Below are positions 19,541-29,248 of a stretch of 61,488 bases of DNA, piece after piece (within the stretch, counting starts at the first letter, position 1; every line of letters starts with the position of its first letter). Source of the stretch: an uncultured virus (IMG/VR IMGVR_UViG_3300029258_003973) (taxonomy: Duplodnaviria > Heunggongvirae > Uroviricota > Caudoviricetes); IMG/VR virus record IMGVR_UViG_3300029258_003973. The stretch is one strand, 5' to 3'. The position numbers and the translations under genes were made by a program. The notes beneath the pieces are model-generated. The model was not told where the DNA came from, made no database searches, and saw nothing but the letters and a program-made list of their open reading frames with translations.

Positions 19541-20112
19541 TACTTCCTCCTCTTTATTACCTCTTTTGCGAAGAACACCGTATCTTTCTTTGCAAGAATG
19601 GGATGGACGTTTCCACCGCAGGACCCACAGCCTGCGGTGTCAACCAGTATACCCAATGAATAAGTTATAACGCATATCGCCCCCGGGATCACTGATTCCA
19701 GAACTTTCCCTCTCATTTTCTCTATAGATGTTACTTTCTCACCTGAGATTATGCTGCCGGCTACACTACCGAAGCATAAGACACCACTAAACCCGAGTGA
19801 TTTTGACTCAGATAATAACAACTCACCACAATGATAGTAATCTTTCATAGTTATTATTGACTTGGATCGTGTTATACACCTCAATACGTTAGCAAAAGAC
19901 ACATTGTCTGAATTGATCTTAGCATGGTTAAGTAGGTTATTCACAAACGTTGTCCTCTTGTGAAGACCAGACATGGCCAAGTTGCTCTCGGTGTCCTCTA
20001 TTACTGGAAAGTCTGTGACTATCAGAATATCACCACTCCTGTAGTCCGGATTAACGGGGGTATCGTGTTCTCTAAGGGGTCTTATTCTGCAAGTCTTACA
20101 TATGTTGGTCAA
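19540..20112 (-). CDS. degenerate family-4 uracil-DNA glycosylase-like protein
   Basis: CKTC, ANVLRC, C..LL, LCFG..A fold motifs kept, but GEAPG->TDFP and HPS lost. Confidence 0.7.
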   Translation of the reverse strand: MTNICKTCRIRPLREHDTPVNPDYRSGDILIVTDFPVIEDTESNLAMSGLHKRTTFVNNLLNHAKINSDNVSFANVLRCITRSKSIITMKDYYHCGELLLSESKSLGFSGVLCFGSVAGSIISGEKVTSIEKMRGKVLESVIPGAICVITYSLGILVDTAGCGSCGGNVHPILAKKDTVFFAKEVIKRRK

Positions 20113-21046
20113 CGTATACCTCTACTGGGAATAGAACTGAGTTTTCCTTCATCCAAATATGCATCATGCTCTCAGAGAGTGCTTTGTCTTCACATACTTC
20201 CTTTACGGTTCCTATCTGTACTTCGGGGCCAGACTCAGGAGTATATAGCTTGCACCTTCCTACAGACCTGATATACCCGGAAGACCTTAGGAAGTCATAG
20301 GCACTATATATTGGATCCACAATGTTGTTACGTATTATAAAACTGCCTCTATTTCCTGTCAAGCCTCTTTCTCTTTCGCATTTGGTGTACTGATATTGGA
20401 CTCTGGCAACACTCTTTCCCTCTATAATTACTTTCTCTCTGCTTGTAAGATATACCCAAGTATGTGCTGCAGACAATACGTGACCCTTAGTAGCGGGACT
20501 AGATGATTTATCATTTGGAATATCTCTCATCTGAGTTAGTATAACTATATATGGTACTTGCTTCCTCAGACCTATCATAAATGCTTCTTGGCTGCTTTTA
20601 TGAATACCGGTAATTGTGTCAACTACCATCATATCTATGAGACCGTTAGCCACGAGTTCTTTCAAACCGGAATCCCTATAAGCCGTAGCTAAGCCTATGC
20701 CATTCATCAATGAGGGATCATGGTGCATCAATTTGTTCTCGGTGTCATAATACATTACGTTAAGGCCCTGACGCCTTGCCGATATAGCAATCCTCTTCGC
20801 GACTGATGTCCTCCCACCATCTGGATGAGAATATATTAGGGTGGTGCCCGGGTAAATCTTTAGCTCTTTGTCTATCTGTGGAATGCCGGATAGTATTGGA
20901 TCAACTATTCTGGTCTTTACTAGTTCCCTCGCTCTTTCCTCCAACTGCTCCTGGTAAGTCTGAAGTACCTTCTCCACGCTGTCCATCGGTAGGTTGTACT
21001 TTGCGCTTATCTGTTGACATATATCGTTTAGCTCTCTTCTTAGCAA
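20096..21046 (-). CDS. divergent RecA/UvsX-like protein
   Basis: SGIPQID, P-loop HPDGGRT, YYDTENK, MVVDTI, LTQMR. Confidence 0.75.
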   Translation of the reverse strand: MLRRELNDICQQISAKYNLPMDSVEKVLQTYQEQLEERARELVKTRIVDPILSGIPQIDKELKIYPGTTLIYSHPDGGRTSVAKRIAISARRQGLNVMYYDTENKLMHHDPSLMNGIGLATAYRDSGLKELVANGLIDMMVVDTITGIHKSSQEAFMIGLRKQVPYIVILTQMRDIPNDKSSSPATKGHVLSAAHTWVYLTSREKVIIEGKSVARVQYQYTKCERERGLTGNRGSFIIRNNIVDPIYSAYDFLRSSGYIRSVGRCKLYTPESGPEVQIGTVKEVCEDKALSESMMHIWMKENSVLFPVEVYVDQHM

Positions 21047-21551
21047 TATCTTCCTCCGTTAACCTCAATACTGGCTCGGCCTCTGCTATTAATTTGTCCG
21101 CTGATTTCTTCAGTATTTCCAGCCTATCACTGGAGTCCTTCATTATGGCAGAGCCTTTCAGGATCTTATCGTTGGCATCTTGTACAAAGGATATGTTCCT
21201 CAGTAAAGCATTGTAGACTTCCGTGAATTCGTACATGTATCTAGAGATATAATTCTGCATTCCCCTCAGTCTTATTCTCTCATTCTCAGTATACTGCTTG
21301 CATAATTTGCACTTAATATGCCAGGACTTCTCTATGGAATCTATACGCTCCTTACATGCTTTCCTTAACTCACTATGTCTGTCCTCCTCTTCTCCAGCCA
21401 TAGTGTCTATGACATCTGTGGCTTTCTTATGGGCCTTCTGAAACCCTGAAAGGGCCTCCTCTACTCCTCTAGCATATTCATTTGCCAGGGCAAGAGAAGA
21501 GTTATCGACATATTTATAAGACTTATAGAGCTTTACAAAGAACCTGATCAT
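20901..21551 (-). CDS. coiled-coil hypothetical protein
   Basis: ORF directly behind a consensus promoter, no SD. Confidence 0.65.
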   Translation of the reverse strand: MIRFFVKLYKSYKYVDNSSLALANEYARGVEEALSGFQKAHKKATDVIDTMAGEEEDRHSELRKACKERIDSIEKSWHIKCKLCKQYTENERIRLRGMQNYISRYMYEFTEVYNALLRNISFVQDANDKILKGSAIMKDSSDRLEILKKSADKLIAEAEPVLRLTEEDIAKKRAKRYMSTDKRKVQPTDGQRGEGTSDLPGAVGGKSEGTSKDQNS

Positions 21552-21556
21552 ATGAC

Positions 21557-21584
21557 ATTATAGAACAACTTCTATGTTTGTCAA
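21557..21584 (-). promoter_or_regulatory. consensus sigma70-type promoter (leaderless transcript)
   Basis: TTGACA-16 nt-TATAAT on minus strand, 5 nt before ATG 21551. Confidence 0.8.
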
Positions 21585-22807
21585 GTTGTTCTTACCTTCC
21601 TTGATTGCTTTGGCAGAAACCCCAGCTTTGAAAATACATACCTAGCTGCTTCATCTGTCACAGTTTCCATCTCTTCTCTGATAGCCATTAACCATTCCTC
21701 CATAGTAGTATAGTCTGTTCTACATGGAAGAACAACCTCATTTGTTACTCCCCTGAGAATCTTTTCTGCTTCTCCAGCTAAACTGCTAACTTCATTATAC
21801 CGAATGTTCCTTATATCAAAGCTATATCGGCACCTTGATGGTGATGTTATCTCTGCCAAATACTTGGATTCTTCCTTATTAGGCCACCTTACTACCGCTT
21901 TACAGGTATAGGGCACTAAGCCATCAAGCCAGTTATGGTTATTGCAATATACCATATTGCGTGAAAACAACCTCTTAGATACAAGAGAACCAACACGTAT
22001 ATCATACAGAGTTCTGGCCTTCTTTCTATAGGACCGGGGGCATAACAAGTTTTCTACCTCTCGTGCCCTCCCGGGCTCATCTATTGTTTCTGCCCTATTA
22101 TAACCATTGATATGTTCTACGATGTCAGGCAATGCCACTTTGTATTCCTTTGTTACGTACTGATTTATTGAATTATTATACTCATGGTCATATGCCTTAA
22201 AGTATTCAGCACACACAATATAATGGGATGCAATACTATATATGGCTCTATGAATATCAATCTCATTAGATATTGGCATATGTTCTTCCATATGAGTTAG
22301 GACATCAGCATCAACGTCGCCGCCCTCCCGAAGTTCCTCCATCTTAGATACAAATCCAAGATGATCATCTACTGGTATCCTTCTGTTCTTAGGGATAACA
22401 ACTCTGGTACCTATATGTACTCTAGCTATCTGTGCTGCTCCATATGATACTGCAGATAACCAGCCCAGATTGGATATTTCATCAGACTTGTCTGTCTTGT
22501 CATCTTCGGTATCTGGTATTACTACGTCACCATTATATCCTGAAAGTACAGTAGTACTCCCGTTACCAAGCTCAAGTAGACCATTAGGGTAGTACTTTAC
22601 AGCAGGCTTATTATATACCTTGCTCTTATACCCAGGCATTCTATCGATGCACTTTATGCCAGTTTTGTCCTTGGGTATGTCCTCCATCAATGTAGAAAGT
22701 CTATCCTTCAGGTCTATAACTATCATCTCAAACTCTGTCATGGGCTCCAGCAGATTTATAGACTTTACTACATCAGCGTATTCTTCAAACTCTATGAGCT
22801 CTTCCAT
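21581..22807 (-). CDS. hypothetical protein (408 aa)
   Basis: long ORF. Confidence 0.75.
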   Translation of the reverse strand: MEELIEFEEYADVVKSINLLEPMTEFEMIVIDLKDRLSTLMEDIPKDKTGIKCIDRMPGYKSKVYNKPAVKYYPNGLLELGNGSTTVLSGYNGDVVIPDTEDDKTDKSDEISNLGWLSAVSYGAAQIARVHIGTRVVIPKNRRIPVDDHLGFVSKMEELREGGDVDADVLTHMEEHMPISNEIDIHRAIYSIASHYIVCAEYFKAYDHEYNNSINQYVTKEYKVALPDIVEHINGYNRAETIDEPGRAREVENLLCPRSYRKKARTLYDIRVGSLVSKRLFSRNMVYCNNHNWLDGLVPYTCKAVVRWPNKEESKYLAEITSPSRCRYSFDIRNIRYNEVSSLAGEAEKILRGVTNEVVLPCRTDYTTMEEWLMAIREEMETVTDEAARYVFSKLGFLPKQSRKVRTT

Positions 22808-22816
22808 AAGGGCCCC

Positions 22817-23548
22817 CTATATCTTTCTAGCAAACTCCAACAGTTCTCTGAGCGCTGTCCTGGTTTCCTCTGATGATATAGATATGTTCAGGCGCGCGAG
22901 CTGTGACTTAGAGGTGCATTCATTCGTGAACTTACTCATGTTCCTCTTGTATTTCCTTACATATGCCAGAAGCTTCTGTATGTCTGGGTTCTCTCTGAGT
23001 GCTCTCTTCCATGCAAGCATGGCCTTCCGCTCTTTCCTTTCAAGCCTCTGAACCTTGGTTTCCCATATGGCCATGTCCTTCTCTGCATCCTTTCTTGCAG
23101 TTATACGGTCCTCTAGAGAAGACTCGAGATCATCAGCAAGATCCTCTGGGTCTGGCCTTGTGTTCTTAAAGATTCTCAGCTCATCCTGGGCATCTATGAA
23201 CACCTGCAGCTCCGCCACAGTACCCGTTTGAGCCGCCAGCTCTTTCCTCTGGTCCTCATCTAGCTCGTACTCGTTGCGATGGTAGTATCTGTTGCTTTCA
23301 TAAAGATTGTCGAGATCAAGATACTCAACAAATGCTGAGAGGTTCTCTTTATGGTCGTTCAATCTTTGTATTACATTCTGTTCCCAGTCCTCGACAATCA
23401 CTACGGCAGATTGTTTCTCATCTTCACTCAGATCCCTGTTTGTGTTGGCTAGAACCTCAATGGATTTGTTAAGATCCTCGAAGTTAAAGTCTGAGAACAA
23501 CTCAGGTAATGCCATGGCCGCTTTGTTCTTTGTGATTAAGTCATTCAT
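22817..23548 (-). CDS. coiled-coil hypothetical protein
   Basis: helical, E/K/L/R-rich; AAGGAG SD. Confidence 0.75.
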   Translation of the reverse strand: MNDLITKNKAAMALPELFSDFNFEDLNKSIEVLANTNRDLSEDEKQSAVVIVEDWEQNVIQRLNDHKENLSAFVEYLDLDNLYESNRYYHRNEYELDEDQRKELAAQTGTVAELQVFIDAQDELRIFKNTRPDPEDLADDLESSLEDRITARKDAEKDMAIWETKVQRLERKERKAMLAWKRALRENPDIQKLLAYVRKYKRNMSKFTNECTSKSQLARLNISISSEETRTALRELLEFARKI

Positions 23549-23552
23549 TGTA

Positions 23553-24155
23553 CTACTCCTTTGGTATTATTTTGCACCCACACATGGGGCAATAGTTGTG
23601 GTTTGATTCTACCACCGAATTAAACTGTATTATCTGATACTCTCCACATAAAGGACATTTATACCTAGATACCATAGAATTGCGTTCTGAGTCCTTGCTT
23701 ATAGATATATCCTTATCTCTATTGTCGGATACATTTGTATCTTTACCATCAACAGAAGAAGAGTCACTAGTGGCCTCGATGTATACTCTAGTCTTGGCTA
23801 CTAGGTTGACTATTAGATCCTCAATATCTGTGAACAATATAGCTATGGAAATAGGACCAAGTATTATCTGTATCCCTTCCCATATATTGGCCTCAAAGTG
23901 AAACCCAGCATACTTACCTATACATATATATATACTAAGGCCGGGATAGTTCTTTCTATATCCCTTTAGCCACCTACGGACGACTCCCATCTTCTTAAAC
24001 CAGCGCGTATGGAACTCATCTTTCTCTATTCCTTCTATTCTGAAACACTCTCCGTTGTTCCACACTTCTTCCACAGTATACCATGTATCAGAGTCAAGAT
24101 GTCCATTAGAATAGTTAGGTTTCTCCTTAACTAAATCTCCTTTCTGCAGCTTCAT
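23553..24155 (-). CDS. hypothetical protein with C-terminal zinc ribbon
   Basis: CPLC...YCPMCG; central hydrophobic segment. Confidence 0.65.
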   Translation of the reverse strand: MKLQKGDLVKEKPNYSNGHLDSDTWYTVEEVWNNGECFRIEGIEKDEFHTRWFKKMGVVRRWLKGYRKNYPGLSIYICIGKYAGFHFEANIWEGIQIILGPISIAILFTDIEDLIVNLVAKTRVYIEATSDSSSVDGKDTNVSDNRDKDISISKDSERNSMVSRYKCPLCGEYQIIQFNSVVESNHNYCPMCGCKIIPKE

Positions 24156-24349
24156 TTCATTCCTCCAATCAATCCGCAGCTTCCCTCCACGTCCGAGTAA
24201 TGCCCTTTCATTAGAAACTTATAAGGCCTACGTGGGTCCTGCTCAAGGCCTTCATCAGTCCACCCCCATTTCCAAAACATGCACTCTGATCCAATGCAGT
24301 TTCCTTGTATGATCGGGCATATTTTATCTTTAGCCTCTTCTTCTGTCAT
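24152..24349 (-). CDS. small Cys-rich phage protein
   Basis: MTEEEAKDKICP...CIGSECMFW...CGL. Confidence 0.65.
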   Translation of the reverse strand: MTEEEAKDKICPIIQGNCIGSECMFWKWGWTDEGLEQDPRRPYKFLMKGHYSDVEGSCGLIGGMK

Positions 24350-24833
24350 GTGGATTCTCTCTGCTCCTTTGATTCCATCGGTCTATAGCTTCCTTTGCGC
24401 TTTTATCATATCTATCTAGAGCATGTTCAGCATCTGGATTCAGACAAGAAACGTGATACTTTTGCCGTTTGGGATTAAAGAAGAGATTAGCGTCAGCTCT
24501 ACAAAAGGGGCATGGCAGTATCTTGTTACCATTCTGCACGTCTTCTATTACCTCTGATGCAAACTCGCTGGAGGATTTCCAGTCTTTCTTCATAGCTCTT
24601 ATAGATTTAGTACTATACTCATGTGATAGTGTTCCAGATGTAGTCCAGTATTCAAGATATTCTCCGCGTTTACACTCTTCTGTCTTTCCTACACCTACAA
24701 CAGTAGTACCAGAGAAATGATGCACATCTACTTCGTCCCCCTCATCAAAATAGGAGGGGGCTGATCTCCTAGCTATGTGCCCGGCGTCTACGAATAATCC
24801 TATCTTGTCCTTTCTAATTATCGCCACCATCAT
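24330..24833 (-). CDS. protein with C-terminal Lar (restriction-alleviation)-like zinc ribbon
   Basis: LPCPFC...VSC...EAIDRWNQR. Confidence 0.65.
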   Translation of the reverse strand: MMVAIIRKDKIGLFVDAGHIARRSAPSYFDEGDEVDVHHFSGTTVVGVGKTEECKRGEYLEYWTTSGTLSHEYSTKSIRAMKKDWKSSSEFASEVIEDVQNGNKILPCPFCRADANLFFNPKRQKYHVSCLNPDAEHALDRYDKSAKEAIDRWNQRSRENPHDRRRG

Positions 24834-25242
24834 CCTCTATTGGTTCACTAGTATGTTCTCTCCAGGCATTGTCATATATCATCATGGCAAAGTTGGCTAG
24901 ATCAACAGATTCGTGCATTATTCCAGACAAGTCTTTCTTCTCTATCTCGGCATTGAGTTCCATCATCTCATGGGCTGCTTTATGAATTAGATCACTATTT
25001 GGAATCTTCTCCCATCCGCCTTTGTCTTCGTGCTTGGATAGTGTATGCTCCATTTCAGAGGCAAACCTTGACACGGACTCTCGGCACGTCTTCTTTATGG
25101 CGTAGAACATTAGACACGTTCCGCTGGCTATGAATTTCTGATATTCAAGGTTACATACTGAGCAAATGGGTACTCCTTCATAGTACCTGCAATCAACATT
25201 GTGCAGGTTCTTCCCACATATGATGCAATATGTATCTTTCAT
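24814..25242 (-). CDS. MazG-like all-alpha NTP pyrophosphohydrolase-like protein with N-terminal zinc finger
   Basis: CIIC/CSVC plus HEMMEL...ESVDLANFAMM. Confidence 0.55.
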   Translation of the reverse strand: MKDTYCIICGKNLHNVDCRYYEGVPICSVCNLEYQKFIASGTCLMFYAIKKTCRESVSRFASEMEHTLSKHEDKGGWEKIPNSDLIHKAAHEMMELNAEIEKKDLSGIMHESVDLANFAMMIYDNAWREHTSEPIEDDGGDN

Positions 25243-25259
25243 GATTTCCTCACATGATA

Positions 25260-25634
25260 TTACTTGTATCTTACAAGACGTTCTTTAAACCATACTCCAA
25301 TATCTTCAATAGTAATTCTAATGTTATTTGAGGGCCAAGTCGCAATATAGTCCCATTTGAACCTCTGATATAATACCTGTGCAAGTCTTTCTCCATGTTC
25401 CAGATCTTTCAGTAGGTGAAGCATGATAGCCAGTGCTAGCTGTGCTGGACCGGAACCACCATAGCCCCAGTTAAATCCATCAGGTGAGTGGTTTTGTATT
25501 GATTGACTGTATTGTGAAGAAAGAGGTACGTTATTAATTTGTACTAGCTTGGATTGCCAATCTCCCTTGATAGTAATTGGCTCATGACTGATCAAAGCCT
25601 GATACTCTTTGTTTGTCAGAAGTTGTTCTCTCAT
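25260..25634 (-). CDS. DUF6166-family protein
   Basis: NHSPDGFNWGYGGSGPAQLALAI signature. Confidence 0.8.
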   Translation of the reverse strand: MREQLLTNKEYQALISHEPITIKGDWQSKLVQINNVPLSSQYSQSIQNHSPDGFNWGYGGSGPAQLALAIMLHLLKDLEHGERLAQVLYQRFKWDYIATWPSNNIRITIEDIGVWFKERLVRYK

Positions 25635-25843
25635 GATTTACTCACAATATGTTCTAATAGCCGCATTCTTTTCCGGGCCTGATATGCACAAGCAAGTGAG
25701 CATAAAACATATGCAATTGTTATGGTATTGACCCCATTGCAAATGGCAACGGTAAAACCAAATGCTATGCATACAATGCCAAGCAGAATGTATCCCAATG
25801 TTAACAAGTTATACAACTTCAACTCCTTCTTAGTCATTATCAC
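25631..25843 (-). CDS. small two-TM membrane protein
   Basis: two hydrophobic segments. Confidence 0.6.
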   Translation of the reverse strand: MIMTKKELKLYNLLTLGYILLGIVCIAFGFTVAICNGVNTITIAYVLCSLACAYQARKRMRLLEHIVSKS

Positions 25844-25883
25844 AGTCCTCCCACTCTTGCTTTATCTTCATTCTCCTCACAGA

Positions 25884-26276
25884 TTACACTGTTATCTTCA
25901 GCTTACCTATAGCTTTGGATAATTTACTCTTCAGTAACTCGGACAAGTCACAGAATTCATATTCTTCTACAGCGAACGCTATAGATTCTCTTAAACCTTT
26001 AAGCAGTTTCTCATCTGCAACATTGTCTAACACAGAACTGACAGCTTTTAAAGTCTTCTTGTTTACAAGTTCTTTGAACTCATCTGTCTTGGAAAGCTTA
26101 GAAACTATTGTATTTATCCTTGAAGATAATGCCTCTGCTGTAGTATATGCTACTCTATCCATAATAGCTTTGGATAATGCCGAGGCCCTATCAGGTTTAT
26201 TAAGGTCTTCCAGAATTGTTCCTGCTAAAGCCTCCTCAAGAGTGATAGGTTTGTCCGTTTTCTGTGGTTTCGCCAT
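25884..26276 (-). CDS. hypothetical helical protein
   Basis: AAGGAG SD. Confidence 0.65.
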   Translation of the reverse strand: MAKPQKTDKPITLEEALAGTILEDLNKPDRASALSKAIMDRVAYTTAEALSSRINTIVSKLSKTDEFKELVNKKTLKAVSSVLDNVADEKLLKGLRESIAFAVEEYEFCDLSELLKSKLSKAIGKLKITV

Positions 26277-26302
26277 TTGTTTTATTCTCCTTTGTTGTAA
26301 TA

Positions 26303-27502
26303 TTAGCTCATATCATCCGGATCTCTGAAATGTAGAAGAACCGGGAATATGGGTATGTTACTTTTCTCGTCCCTGTTCTGGAACTTTACTGTAGCTAGCT
26401 TACCTATATATTCTTCCTTGTTGTTCCAGATTTCAGCCTTCTGTTCATCTGTCATCTTGGGTGTAGCTTCAAAGGTAACGCTTGGATCACTATCCAGTTC
26501 CAATACCATGGCACCGAGTTTATCAGGATCCAGTTTCTCTGGAGTATATCCCACAACCTTAAACTCAGCGTCCATAAAAGCCTTCCATTTATATAGTCCC
26601 AATGATCTTTTACATTCATAGGGATAACCTTTAAGTCTTATAATCACTCCTTCGAATCCAAGGCCGGTATACTGTTTGAGATAGTGGTTGAACTTAGAGG
26701 CCTTGTCCCACTCCGTTGGAACTATTATTAGTCTGTAATTTGACCTTTCATCTCCAGCATTTAGCCGTCTATTAAGGTCTTCCATTACTTTAGCTCTGTC
26801 TTCTGACATTTCTGAACTCTCTATGTCAAACATATAGAACTGAAGCCGGCTCTTATACTCTTTGAACTTCTCAGGGGTATCTATTTCATCTCCCTTCTTA
26901 TACTTAGTATCACCGGAAACTCTCCTCACAAGGGTCTGTATAGCATTAAAACTCATTCCGTGATGATACAGTTCACCATCTACAAACTTGTACGGATAAG
27001 AGCTTCGTACCAGGAGAGGCTGACATGCCTCAGCTACAGCTTCTCCTATCTCAGGAAGATGCGTGATCTCTTTCCTGCTGCTGGAGTACATCTTGCCAGT
27101 GTCTATGTCTATCTTACATCTGTTGCCATTCAGTTTCCACTGGTATCCTACTATATCCCATGTATCTATCTTCTTCATATGATCATGAAGATCGTTTGCC
27201 TTCATGGGCTTTGTAACGGTAAGATCTGATGTAGTTTCAATGGGAGAGCCTAGGTCACCGGACACTATCTCATATCCCTTCTCTACTTTCTTCCTTGCCT
27301 TTACGAGGGCTTCGGCCAGGCACTGTTGCTCTGGGGTAGTTTCATTTGACTTACCTACGTTCTTTCCTACGGTGTAGGTCTTTGAATCACTCTGCTGAGT
27401 TCCTCCAACCTTACCCCACTCATAAGTCACAACATTTCCATCTACAGTGGCTTTCCACTGTACGTCCCTGGAATTATCTTTCAAAAGTATACTCTTGCTC
27501 AT
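26303..27502 (-). CDS. lig: ATP-dependent DNA ligase with N-terminal WGR-like domain
   Basis: motif I KLNGNR, VDGELY, FYMFD, FEGVIIR, LYKWK, C-terminal OB domain; N-terminal EWGKVGG; AAGGAG SD before ATG 27502. Confidence 0.9.
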   Translation of the reverse strand: MSKSILLKDNSRDVQWKATVDGNVVTYEWGKVGGTQQSDSKTYTVGKNVGKSNETTPEQQCLAEALVKARKKVEKGYEIVSGDLGSPIETTSDLTVTKPMKANDLHDHMKKIDTWDIVGYQWKLNGNRCKIDIDTGKMYSSSRKEITHLPEIGEAVAEACQPLLVRSSYPYKFVDGELYHHGMSFNAIQTLVRRVSGDTKYKKGDEIDTPEKFKEYKSRLQFYMFDIESSEMSEDRAKVMEDLNRRLNAGDERSNYRLIIVPTEWDKASKFNHYLKQYTGLGFEGVIIRLKGYPYECKRSLGLYKWKAFMDAEFKVVGYTPEKLDPDKLGAMVLELDSDPSVTFEATPKMTDEQKAEIWNNKEEYIGKLATVKFQNRDEKSNIPIFPVLLHFRDPDDMS

Positions 27503-27641
27503 TATAGCTCTCCTTTCCTTCTTTATATCCTCTCTCAAATCCGAGTTTATATCCTGCACGTTTACCAACGCTGAAGCTAATCACTACTATCCATCCGGAT
27601 ACCGAGGTGACTGCAAGTATTATAAACACAAGCACATCCAC
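27474..27641 (-). CDS. small membrane protein (55 aa, not in ORF track)
   Basis: GTG start; MDVLVFIILAVTSVSGWIVVISF followed by GYKLGFERGYKEG repeats. Confidence 0.55.
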   Translation of the reverse strand: MDVLVFIILAVTSVSGWIVVISFSVGKRAGYKLGFERGYKEGKESYNEQEYTFER

Positions 27642-27976
27642 TAGTCTGTTTCCTTTCCACCCACTGGGAAGTACTTATCCATCTCACCGGAGGTACATAG
27701 TGCTCCATTATAGTGGGGGCATACCCCGTTCTTGTCACACACACACTCCGCATCTGCTTTGCATGAATCTCGGATCTCTCCTATCGTTCCAGAAGGTAGA
27801 TTGTTAAATGCACCCCGTGCCCGTCCTATCCTATCGTTTATACAATCACTTACGTACTTTCCAATAGGGACAGGACATATCTCCATGGTGCAACACATTG
27901 CGACACACATCATTGCAAGTAGAACCATTACCGCTACAACAACAAAGCCAGTGTCTTCTTCATTATAGTGATTCAT
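27641..27976 (-). CDS. Cys-rich membrane-anchored hypothetical protein
   Basis: GGAGG SD before ATG 27976; TM helix. Confidence 0.55.
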   Translation of the reverse strand: MNHYNEEDTGFVVVAVMVLLAMMCVAMCCTMEICPVPIGKYVSDCINDRIGRARGAFNNLPSGTIGEIRDSCKADAECVCDKNGVCPHYNGALCTSGEMDKYFPVGGKETD

Positions 27977-27986
27977 GCAAGTCCTC

Positions 27987-28130
27987 CTACTTTCCTGGGT
28001 CAACCCATATCATTGTTCCACACTTACAGAAGAATGCTCTCACTTTATCAGGAACTTCTTTAACTATATCCTCCTTACAGTGTGGGCACGTATATGATGC
28101 AGTGACCTTAAAAGTCACTTTAGCTGACAT
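27987..28130 (-). CDS. small zinc-ribbon protein (47 aa, not in ORF track)
   Basis: MSAKVTF...CPHC...CKCG. Confidence 0.55.
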   Translation of the reverse strand: MSAKVTFKVTASYTCPHCKEDIVKEVPDKVRAFFCKCGTMIWVDPGK

Positions 28131-28419
28131 CTCTTTGGTTAGTTTGCTCATCTTGCCTATCCCTTACTATTATAACCGGTTTCCTTATGTTACTGACATT
28201 AATTGCCCCCTGCCGGTCTTTAATCTCTGGTATGAGCTCCTCTATAGTCCGCCATAGATTATGTTTGGCGGTATAGAAACCTTCTTTCTTAAACTCTATT
28301 ATGTCTGATACAATGTCAAACAGATAATAGAATCTTTGTATAGAGTTCTCAGGAATAGGATACGATTTCTCTATTACCTTGGGTTCTTCCTTCTTCTCCC
28401 TTAACCATTTAAACATCAT
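28120..28419 (-). CDS. hypothetical protein
   Basis: AGGAGG SD. Confidence 0.6.
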   Translation of the reverse strand: MMFKWLREKKEEPKVIEKSYPIPENSIQRFYYLFDIVSDIIEFKKEGFYTAKHNLWRTIEELIPEIKDRQGAINVSNIRKPVIIVRDRQDEQTNQRDVS

Positions 28420-28534
28420 GATCCTCCTTTACTTTCCCACAGTGTCTGCATTTGTACCTCTTCCCTTTCTCAAGGGTCTTGAAGCCTTTCTTGCCACAGT
28501 GTTCGCAAACAGTCCTATTGTCTTTCTTAGCCAT
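28409..28534 (-). CDS. small zinc-ribbon protein (41 aa, not in ORF track)
   Basis: MAKKDNRTVCEHC...YKCRHC. Confidence 0.55.
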   Translation of the reverse strand: MAKKDNRTVCEHCGKKGFKTLEKGKRYKCRHCGKVKEDHDV

Positions 28535-29132
28535 ATTGGTTATCCTTCGCTTTAGTTTTATACTCCACTATACGTAGAACTCCTCTTGCTTCCAGCTTCC
28601 TCATAATATTAACGTATGTTCTTGACCGCTTCTTCTTCCCCATAGAGGATATATCATAGCCTCTTGACTCAGCTACATTGAAAAACACATCTTCTATAAA
28701 TGATCTCAGGGATTGCTCGGCATGGTGTCTTTCAGTCCAGTATGATCGTCTTCCTACCTGAACCACATCGCCCCTGAACAGTATTACCCAACATGACCTT
28801 GTTTCATTCGTAAGTGTGGAATTCATTACAAACTCCATTACATGAGATAGAGACTCCAGTCGTATCTCTTCTGTAATATTTACATCAGTTAATGCTGGCA
28901 TAATCATCTCCAAAGTGGGGTGGTATTGGCCGTGGCTGACTTTCCTTTCATTTAAAGTCTTGAACCCATTATTAACGGAGTTCAGAGGACTACCACGACC
29001 CAGAACGTGCCCATTGGCGTACTTGTAAGTGTCCTCGAACTTGCCCCTTTTATCCGATTCAGGGGGTGCTGGCGCACCGCTCCGCTTTCCAAATGGACCG
29101 GGTGTAGAGCTACGGATGCTACTTGCTTTCAT
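28527..29132 (-). CDS. hypothetical protein, paralog of 32077-32463
   Basis: WVILFRGDVV...YW...A...L...LEARGVL. Confidence 0.65.
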   Translation of the reverse strand: MKASSIRSSTPGPFGKRSGAPAPPESDKRGKFEDTYKYANGHVLGRGSPLNSVNNGFKTLNERKVSHGQYHPTLEMIMPALTDVNITEEIRLESLSHVMEFVMNSTLTNETRSCWVILFRGDVVQVGRRSYWTERHHAEQSLRSFIEDVFFNVAESRGYDISSMGKKKRSRTYVNIMRKLEARGVLRIVEYKTKAKDNQYG

Positions 29133-29248
29133 ATAACATCATGATCTGCTAGGTGATAACTGCACCCATCAGAATCTGTATGTATCATGTGCTTGCCGGA
29201 AGAAGCTCTCACACATCTGCGGTATCCCATGTGTCCTGTTTATACCAT

